Assembly (NCBI RefSeq): GCF_006345805.1
Contig: NC_043000.1
Location: 29,636,001-29,700,000 of the forward strand
Direction of reading: 5' to 3'
DNA: 64,000 nt
Origin: Octopus sinensis
Taxonomy: Eukaryota
A program made the translations under genes and the position numbers. Under the pieces are notes generated by a model. The model saw nothing but the letters and a program-made list of their open reading frames with translations. It was not told where the DNA came from and ran no database searches. Shown here one piece after another: positions 55,165 to 64,000 of this stretch (the first letter of the stretch is position 1; each line of letters opens with the position of its first letter).

Positions 55165-55353
55165 TGAAATCTGGAGGGAGGGAGTTGATCGATTACATCG
55201 ACCCCAGTGTTTCACTGGTACTTAATTTATCGACCCCGAAAGGATGAAATGTAGAAATCGACTTCAGCGAAATTGGAACTCAGAACAAAGCGACGGGCGA
55301 AATACCGACATGCATTTCGTCTAGTCTGCTAACGATTCTGCCAGCTCACTGCC

Positions 55354-55415
<62 letters not shown>

Positions 55416-55422
55416 GATGATG

Positions 55423-55456
<34 letters not shown>

Positions 55457-55665
55457 TCTTTTCTACTCTAGGCACAAGGCCCGGAATTTTGGAGGAGGGG
55501 GCAGTTGATTAAATCGACCCCAATTCGCAACCGGTACTTAATTTATCGACTATGAAAAGATGAAAGGCAATGTCGACTGCGGCGAAATTTGAACCCAGAA
55601 CGTAAAGACAGACAAAATACCGCTAAACATTTCGCCCGATGTGCTAACGGTTCTGCCAGCTCGTC
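55165..55665 (-). mobile_element. Two SINE family A copies separated by (TAA)n/(TGA)n
   Basis: Reverse-complement blocks at 55165-55345 and 55458-55665. Confidence 0.85.
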
Positions 55666-56859
55666 GTCTTTATAAGAATACACATACACTAATACCTCGA
55701 CTATTATGGGTATTACGTTCCAAAACCCTCCGCGATAGGCGCGTAGCCCACTGGTTAGGGGTGTTGTACTCACGATCTCACGACAATGGTCTTGATTCCT
55801 GGGCCGGTTGCTTGGTTTGATTTTGAGCAAAACCCTCCATTTCAAGTTGTTTCCAGTTCCATCAAAGAATGGGTGACCTTGCGACGAGAATGATGGCATA
55901 CTCTCCTAGCAGCTTTCGAAAGCTAAAACGATGCAAAGCGCACTGTGACCAGACATCTGATATTCTGCTCGACCAAGTGATCACATATTCACAAATGAAG
56001 GAGACATCTCTCAAATACGCAACTGTAATGGCAAGCTGAACAGTAAGCATGCGCAGAAAGACTCCACATCTGCGGCGTCTTTGCAAGTAAATGCGTCCTT
56101 CACTTTCAAAATTAATTCCCACAAAAAATATTAAAATTTATTCTCCTGCAGAGATATCTCTTTATATCCCAATCTGTCTCTACACGAAAACGCACGTCTA
56201 TATAATCAACATTTAAGCATTTACATAAAATTATTTAAATTGATATAAGTATATACACACATGCATACTGCCTCTCGGGAAACCATTTTATATATTCCGC
56301 CGCTGATAATGAATTTAAGAAATATGGCTGCCAGGTTGTATTAAAAAGTTCATACAGTTTATCGGCGGGGGTGGGGGGGAGATTATGCATTAAATATTAT
56401 AATGGAAACTAATAAATTGCAATAATGAATATATACAATATTGATAATAAATGTTAGATTAATGATTATTGGATACAGAAATGTAGTATGAAGCCTAAAT
56501 ATATTAAAATTAACATGTACATTAATATTTTATCAAGAACAAGTGAGCTTAAGCGGAAGATAAGGAATCAGTGGGATTCAATAGTTCGCGTAAGAGAATT
56601 TTCAATCCAATTATGAATGGAATTAATAAGTAGAGTGTTAGATCGAAGAAAATGAAGCAATGATTTCGGTTTGTCTGAAGTCTAACTGTAAATGTATTTG
56701 TTAAGAAGTGTTACGAATAAATCATCTTTGAACGAAGTTTGTAGGACGTTTTGTGACATATACAACATGTCGGTGTATATGTTGCGAGGTTCTAATATGA
56801 TTGTAATTGAAATGGTTATGTACCAAGTAGAAGAATTCAGTATTGCCTTATTTGTTGAG

Positions 56860-57480
56860 TGTATGTAAAATGTTTACAGTGTCTAATAGTCATAAATACT
56901 ATGTTGCTGAGATGAAATACTTCTATTTTCGGAAAGTGATTTAGATCTTGTTAATATATTCCATTTAAAATCGCTTTGCTTATTCCTAGTCTCCAAATCT
57001 CAAATATAAAACTTCAGCGAATGTCGTTTCATTCAAGTGGCTTTCGGAATGTATGGGCATGTTGGCTGTAGCGGTGTTTAAAGGAATTACACATAAGGCT
57101 AATGCATGACTTTGAAGGGTGGGTAGTTGGTGCGAACGGTAAAATCTTGAACTGAATAAAAAGTAACAAATATATAACAGCTGGCGGGATATATTAAATC
57201 ATTTATCATATAGTTTTAAAATGATAAAGAAATATTTGAAAATGTAAACTTATGTGATTACAGGAAATTATACGGAAGTAGAGAAGTCATAGAAATATAG
57301 ACAAATTACAAAAGTCGTCTGTGTAATAAACGGTGTAAGAATGGATTAATAAGAAAATCCTCATAAATGTTTGACATCATTGAGTAAGTGCTAAAACACT
57401 ACGAAGACCGTAGCAATCGTATAAATATTATGAAGAGAAATTAGATAAGCATGCTATATATAGTGACGAAGTCGAAGAAG
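56860..57480 (-). pseudogene. Decayed Penelope-like element GIY-YIG endonuclease region
   Basis: Stitched minus frames: YSCLSNF...(LM)CNSFKHRYSQHAHTFRKP...(S)FYI*DLETRNKQSDFKWNILTRSKSL, resembling PLE EN motifs SYSC-x-x-N, FK-x-RY-x-x-H-x-x-x-FR, LS-x-YIW-x-L and W-x-IL. Confidence 0.55.
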
Positions 57481-57749
57481 ATACAATAATTCTATAAAAT
57501 TATGGGTTCGTCTACATTTCCCTCGGATAGTTTTGTCGCTGCTGATTGATTTTTAAATGCTTTTCCCTTTCTTTCCCCCCGAATATCAGTTGTCTGCTCT
57601 TGTCGTTTATTTATGTGTCTCAGTGCGTTGCGTAATCTCGTACTCTAGTTAAATGTTGTGCTAAATGTAACGGGTGAAAATTGATCTGTTTTGGGGTGTT
57701 TTAAAACTAATTGTAAAACTTTAAGTAGTGGAAGACATACATACATAAA

Positions 57750-57858
<109 letters not shown>

Positions 57859-58016
57859 ATATATATATATATATATAGTTATGTGTGTTTATTCGTGGCA
57901 GTGCATACATAAGAATAGAAATGACAGAGAAATTAGCAATTATCGTATGAAATTCATTAGCTGAGTTCCTGAGTATTGCCTAGAGTTTCCTCAGGTACAC
58001 ACACACACACACACAC

Positions 58017-58047
<31 letters not shown>

Positions 58048-58145
58048 CACACACACACACACATGCATATATATACATGTATCTATCTATATATATATAT
58101 GAAAGTGCATATATATATATATATGTGTGTGTATATATATATATG

Positions 58146-58218
<73 letters not shown>

Positions 58219-58517
58219 ATATAATGTGTGTGTGTATTTACAAATATACAGGCAGCTCTAACAAGAGAAATAGACTGAAAGATAGCTCGATGCAGTTATA
58301 GAAGAATATAGAATGAATGTGTACAGTCTGCTGGTCGACGCACATCTGTCAAGTGAAGGAGTTTGAGTTAAGTGTAATAAGCAACGGGTACATGCATATT
58401 TATGTAGATATCTTTGTTTAGTTCATCTTCACATGTGATACAATACGAAAGGAGATGTACTTGTCCTATTAGCATACGCATGCATACACATATAACTATA
58501 TATATATATAATATAAC

Positions 58518-58557
<40 letters not shown>

Positions 58558-58585
58558 TATAATTTGAAACTGACTTATTGGAAGA

Positions 58586-58628
58586 CCACCTGAAGATTGT
58601 CGATCAAGACAAGAAACAATTGTAGTGG
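58586..58628 (+). ncRNA. Minimal type-I hammerhead, fully paired, intact core
   Basis: CCAC-CTGAAGA-TTGTC(GATCAA)GACAA-GAAAC-AATT-GTA-GTGG; palindromic ACAATTGT stem III; predicted cleavage after 58624. Confidence 0.8.
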
Positions 58629-58748
58629 CGGTTTTTTTCTATTTATTAAAATTTTATGTATTGATTAAGTCTTTCCTTGTTTGTTTTGCAAAATAGTGGT
58701 TTTGTCTCTAATAATATTTTATATATATATATATATATGTATATATAG

Positions 58749-58785
<37 letters not shown>

Positions 58786-58878
58786 ATATATATATATAGT
58801 ATATATATATATATATGTATAATATATATATATATGTATATTATATATATATATATGTATATAATATATATATATGTA

Positions 58879-58919
<41 letters not shown>

Positions 58920-58980
58920 CCAAAAATATTACTAATCCCACCGAATGCAATTTTTCAAAGTAAGACATTTAAAAATATAT

Positions 58981-59028
58981 AGGCCTGTATCACAGTGATT
59001 TCATACTTACGTAATCATCAGCAGGCCT
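58981..59028 (-). ncRNA. Type-I hammerhead, copy 1
   Basis: AGGCCTG-CTGATGA-TTAC(GTAA)GTAT-GAAATCAC-T-GTGATA-CAGGCCT; 7-bp stem I; cleavage predicted between 58988 and 58987. Confidence 0.85.
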
Positions 59029-59463
59029 GAATGTATTATAAATAAACAACGACCATGCCTCGCTTAAGCGCGAACAGCTAACTGATCAACATCAACGAAG
59101 CACATGGGTGAGTTTATATATATTACATCCGGGTGAATGGCAAACTTTTACAAAATTGCATTTCGGGAGGGAAAAGGTTTTTTCGGATAAAAATTTTGCA
59201 ATTAAGGACAACTACTTAATAAGGAAAACTTAACAAGAAATTGTCAGGTAGATAGCGTAAAACCTCATAAGAGAAAAAATTTCGAAAATAATTATTTCTT
59301 ATTGAACATATTAATTTATATATAGAGGGCATAATTATACATACATGCCAGGAGGCATTATATATACCTGCCAAACGCTAAGAGGGACAATCAGTCATTT
59401 CTACCAAAAATATTACTAATCCCACCGAATGCAATTTTTAAAGTAAGACATTTAAAAATATAT

Positions 59464-59511
59464 AGGCCTGTATCACAGTGATTTCATACTTACGTAATCA
59501 TCAGCAGGCCT
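59464..59511 (-). ncRNA. Type-I hammerhead, copy 2 (identical)
   Basis: Same 48-nt motif; cleavage predicted between 59471 and 59470. Confidence 0.85.
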
Positions 59512-59653
59512 GAATGTATTATAAATAAACAACGACCATGCCTCGCTTAAGCCGAACAGCTAACTGATCAACATCAACGAAGCACATGGGTGAGTTTATA
59601 TATATTACATCCGGGTGAATGGCAACTTTTACAAATGTATTTATAATACATTC

Positions 59654-59701
59654 AGGCCTGCTGATGATTACGTAAGTATGAAATCACTGTGATACAGGCC
59701 T
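59654..59701 (+). ncRNA. Type-I hammerhead, copy 3 (identical, inverted)
   Basis: Same 48-nt motif; cleavage predicted after 59694 (AUA). Confidence 0.85.
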
Positions 59702-59974
59702 ATATTTTTAAATGTCTTACTTTGAAAAATTGCATTCGTGGGGAATTAGTAATATTTTTGGTAGAAATGACTGATTGTCCCTCTTAGCGTTTGGCAGGTA
59801 TATATAATGCCTCCTGGCATGTATGTATAATTATGCCTCTATATATAAATTAATATGTTCAATAAGAAATATTATTTTCGAAATTTTTTCTCTTATGAGG
59901 TTTTTACGCTATCTACTGACAATTTCTTGTTAAGTTTCCTTATTAAGTAGTTGTCCTTAATTGCAAATATATAT

Positions 59975-60008
<34 letters not shown>

Positions 60009-60024
60009 ATATATATATATATAT

Positions 60025-60200
60025 AGGGAGAGTTTACGAAAAAGACGAAGACGAAGACAGGTGGTGTACTAAAGAAACAGATGTATTAGTATAACGCTCA
60101 GGAATAGAAAAAGTCTTTTACGTTTCGAGCCTACGCTCTTCTACAGAAAGGGACAGAGAAAAAAAAACAAGGAGAGAAAATAATCCGTGTAGTGGCCAAC
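60025..60200 (-). mobile_element. Second copy of the 21045 element family; variant HHR at 60113-60152
   Basis: CTTT-CTGTAGA-A-GAGC(GTAG)GCTC-GAAAC-GTA-AAAG; starts directly after (TA)n. Confidence 0.75.
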
Positions 60201-60963
60201 GATCTATGATGCCGACTATAGTGAGAATTTACAAAAAAAAAAACAAAGCGACGAAGACGGGTATGTAAGCAACAAAGAGATGTATTAGTTTAACGTATGT
60301 GTGTATGTGTTTGTGTGTGTGTATGTGTGCGTGCGTGCGTGCGTGTGTGGGTGTATGGGTGTGCACATATATTTGGATATACTAAATGTTTTCCACTGTA
60401 ATTCAATTGACCTCTTTTGCTATGTAATTGCTAACTGCTTATAAATATTTTATGTCATAAATATCCCGTCCTCATTATCTTTGAATTAGTGCCGTGATCT
60501 GTGATATCTGCCGCCTAACTTTATGCAGCACCATTAATATTGGCGCTACATTAAATGAATATTTACAATCGTCATTTGTATTGACTATATTTCCTTTCGT
60601 TCGGAAGCTGAAACAAGCCCCACCCTCACTATGCACACACACACAAACGTCAGTTACTGATATATGGTATTGTAATGTGCAGATTCCATCACATAAATTG
60701 TGTGTCGTATACAGAGTGTATGGTAAATGAAACTGTTCTAACCCCCCTAGAGAGGCCCATAATAATAGCTCCATGCTGTCACTTAGCAGATCAAACTTAC
60801 TCCTTACTGAACTGCCACCGTGTAAAGGATAACATCCAAACCAGAACTAGGTTCATTAAGGACCAATTTTTCTGCAGTGTTTGTTATAAGTCGTGGCTGT
60901 GGTTTTTAATGAAAACTATGGACTTCCAGGCGTTTAGAAGCTGTCCAGGAGTAACGTACAGCA

Positions 60964-61323
60964 GCTGCCGCTGAGACCCCTTCGGTCATGACTGACCGTG
61001 GAATTGCACCTAGAAAGTTACCCTCCCAGGCGCAAGTCCGGTCAAGGTTGCTTATGGAAGACCAGCAGCCGCCCATGCATACTAGCCTCCCCTATCCACG
61101 ACACCAGTGTTATCCACGGGAAAGGCAAATGGGCCGATACAGCTTGGCACCTGTGACGTCGCAACTCATTCGTACAACTGAGTGGACTGGAGCAACGTGA
61201 AATAAAGCGTCTTGCTCAACATGCGTCTTGCTCAACACAACATGCAGCCCAGTCCGGGATTCAAACTCATAAACTCACGATCCTAAGCTCGACGCTCTAA
61301 CCACTGACTCTTGCACCTTCACT
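60964..61323 (-). mobile_element. SINE family D, full length, candidate 8-bp TSD
   Basis: Homologous to 2160-2490; GTACAGCA at 60956-60963 and 61324-61331; small internal duplication GCGTCTTGCTCAACA. Confidence 0.85.
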
Positions 61324-62770
61324 GTACAGCACCAGCGGCAGTTTATCTGTATTGTTTTTCTACGATTAAGTGTTAGCGTTGACTGTTTCAATATTAGGTG
61401 TTATTTATGAGACAAAAGACTCACTTTTGCGATTCACTGCAATATGAAGTAGATTTGTCGATGAGGTTCCATTGGGGAACATTCAGATCCTATAGTCCCA
61501 GAGTTTTCAGAGGAATTGAGACAAATATGTGAATTATTTTCTCTATTTCATTATGTCAATGAGCATACCATCAATGGTATGTAACAATGTTCATAGTGAG
61601 ATCCGTGTAATTACTTTCGATATTTCGATATCGTCCAGATGTTTGAAAGGGAAGAATTGCAGTGGTTGCAAGTCGGCAGTTGCGGTAAGAGGTGTACAAG
61701 TATGTGATTTTGGTTTTAGTCTGTAACCGAAGAAGTAAAATTGCTCCAGCTAAAACAGTAATAGATATTTATTAACTGTATATTCAAGATATACTCAATA
61801 AGTATCTGCCTCAGATTTCATAGTTTTTTTTCTTTGTCTTTTATTTCTGTCATTTACAAAATCTTCGTTAGATTCGCTCAACTATGTGTTAACAGAAAGA
61901 AAACATTGTGAAACGTTTATATAAAGTCAAAATAACTAAAGGGACAGCTGCCTGTCTAACGGAATTCCATGACTGACCACTAAAACCGAAAACTACACAT
62001 GGGGTCTTATCAGTAATCCTGGTTTACATTATTTTCATAGGTTTCAAAATTAATACCTTCTTTTTTTAAGAAATTGTAAAAGATGTGGCCACGTTATCAG
62101 CCTTATATGAACCAATATAGAAGAAATTTGCGTTTCAGACACAACATATCATACGATAAGAAGCTTAGCAACAATGTTACATCTGGTGTTGTATTTATGG
62201 AAACGGATGAGTACTTGGCACTATTAAGTTCAGCCAGAAAATAATTCGTAGCTTGATTGTTCCAGGTGTTTGGAGAAAACAAAAACATCTCTATATACAC
62301 GAGGTTTCAAGACATCTATATACACTCGAGGTTTCACACATGAAAATATGAATATCATAATACGCTCGTATATCTTGAATATCAAAAAGCCCAAGTAACA
62401 CTGTAGTGAATCGCTAACTGGTTACAAAAACCATATAAATCGAACACTATTAACGTTGAGTAAGATATACATCACGCTATTCGTTTCACATAAAGCATCT
62501 GTCAGGAATATGATTCTTGCAACCGTGTACTGAGTTTTTATTTTTATGTATTAACCAAACACTCACGAATCCAGTGCTTCTGCTTCATAAAATCGTGATC
62601 AGATTAATAAAATGCCTCTGCGTACAATTCAAACACGCGTCTGTCGTCTTAGTAAGCGAAAAAAATATCGTCTGTAGCACAGGATATAATAGAAGCTTTA
62701 TAACCATGGAATCGTACAGTTTTCGTGCAGAAAAGTGTCAGTTTTCTGCGCATTAATTATTAGATTCCAG

Positions 62771-62864
62771 ACTGCAAGACATGTCAAGTCTCCATTGTTG
62801 CATTGAATAGAAACAGCAGACAAATATATTTCACATATAATTTGATGACATCTCTTGTCAGAGG
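62771..62864 (+). CDS. Candidate internal exon (94 nt), product unknown
   Basis: TTCCAG acceptor and AGG|GTAAGT donor; single open frame (D)CKTCQVSIVALNRNSRQIYFTYNLMTSLVR(G), phase-compatible with the next candidate exon. Confidence 0.3.
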
Positions 62865-63056
62865 GTAAGTCTTCCACATCAAAGTATAATAATTAAAAAT
62901 GTGGTTTTCATATCAAAATATAAACAAATTTAAAGATTACATTTTTGCTGAGTATGAGATAGTGACACTAGATTCACTATAATCTAGGCCTAGTTTCTAT
63001 TACCCATTCTCTGCATCGTTTCTAAGTTTCCTTTCTGTTTTTTTTCTTTTTCTCAG

Positions 63057-63255
63057 ATTTCAATGTCCCTCAATGGACGTGGAATGCGACGGAATATTCG
63101 GACTCGAAAGTGAAAATGTTTCTCAAGAATGTGGACAGAGTCTGACTGCACTGTCAAAGAAACGATGCCTTACGGAATTTATCTCTGCTTCAAAAATGGA
63201 AAAAATGGGAGTTAAATTAGACGATCCAACCATACAACCAACTACATCTACATGA
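63057..63255 (+). CDS. Candidate terminal coding exon, product unknown
   Basis: Very strong polypyrimidine tract + CAG at 63027-63056; the phase-2 join continues into the longest open frame FQCPSMDVECDGIFG...PTTST*. Confidence 0.3.
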
Positions 63256-64000
63256 AATGGGAATAGTGTATCAAATCACTCCACTGGAGTTAGTTGTGTC
63301 ATCGCTTCTGGTATGCATCTGGTAGGATCCTTCGAAATACGTATCTCTGGGAGAACACTTTCACGAACTTTATAGGAATATGGGATACAAAGTGGATAGA
63401 CGAACGGATATTGAAAAATCTCTCATGTAATCTATACTCTTCCAGGTAGGTTCCTAGTTTTGTCAAAATCATTTGTGATATGTCGAATCAAAAAATATCA
63501 TTGATTCCTACCTAGGACAATGTCATCGTTATAAATTACATCATGGCCAATGTTTTAAGAATTTCCTGTTTTACATTAGTCATGAGGATAATTGTAAGCA
63601 ACATTTGAGAAACTGATTCCTATATAATTTGTCCAGATGTGCAGTATAATACTTTTCTAGAGAGAATAGCTTAAATAACTGGATAAAAAAGCAGAATTTA
63701 AAACGAAAACACGAGATCAAATCCGTGGCCATAGAGATTCTATTTTGATGATTTATATTCTATATAAGAACTCTTCTCAAGAGAAGAGAGCGCTGAAAGA
63801 GACGCGGGCAAGAAAACAAGAAATGTAAGAATGAAGTAGTGTATTATGCTATGGCTATGGAAATATTTCTAGGGAGAAAGACTGGGCATTTACAGGTAGT
63901 GGAGATCTCATAGGGCATAATCCAAGTCGGACGTTTCTGAGGAATTGTGGAACTTATTCTTCATTAAATTATTTAATTAAAATATTTTGGCAATCCTGGA

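Larger units (their letters stand above)
58918..59967. mobile_element. Tandem-plus-inverted array of a ~483-bp ORF-less HHR-bearing unit (retrozyme / PLE pseudo-LTR-like), in (TA)n
   Basis: 58918-59401 repeats directly from 59402 to about 59633 (period 483-484); 59639-59967 is the reverse complement of about 59195-59525; copies differ almost only by 1-nt indels; (TA)n on both flanks. Confidence 0.9.

Noticed and set aside
58918-59967. CRISPR array or prokaryotic system
   Set aside because: Repeats are ~483 bp with no unique spacers or cas genes; the context is eukaryotic.
60675-60974. 99-aa Cys-rich plus ORF
   Set aside because: No motif recognised, it ends at a SINE boundary, and its length is compatible with chance.
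61425-61436. 12-nt minus-strand microexon (TTGCAG|TGAATCGCAAAA|GTGAGT)
   Set aside because: Good splice dinucleotides but no supporting gene model; such matches are common by chance.
63057-63150. Reading DFNVPQWTWNATEYSDSKVKMFLKNVDRV* as a Cys-loop receptor or APE endonuclease fragment
   Set aside because: Only superficial W-N-x-x-E-Y and D-F-N similarity; downstream motifs (W-x-P-D, Cys loop, or EN motifs) are absent in all frames.

Overview
AT-rich, microsatellite-saturated eukaryotic intergenic/intronic DNA. The SINE families and repeat load match my recollection of Octopus (cephalopod) genomes; this is inferred, not database-checked. No recognisable host protein-coding gene is present, only one weak candidate spliced exon pair near 62.8-63.3 kb. 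Almost all supplied ORFs are microsatellite artefacts. The window is a mosaic of (i) at least four tRNA-headed SINE families, labelled A-D here, often multimeric or nested; (ii) three mariner remnants; (iii) three R4/Dong-like RLE retrotransposon remnants in (TAA)n arrays; (iv) an RTE-like LINE end; and (v) decayed Penelope-like (PLE) coding remnants. The standout signal is about 17 minimal type-I hammerhead ribozyme (HHR) motifs from several unrelated non-coding element families, read by eye. The best is a near-identical tandem-plus-inverted array of a ~483-bp ORF-less unit with three HHR copies at 58918-59967, which has retrozyme/PLE pseudo-LTR architecture and is predicted to release a ~483-nt, potentially circular RNA. 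Also notable are a tRNA-head + (AAT)n + HHR SINE-like element arranged as an inverted dimer (44583-45265) and a two-copy family with a shared CUGUNGA core variant. All ribozyme activity claims are predictions from motif matching; nothing was folded or searched computationally.
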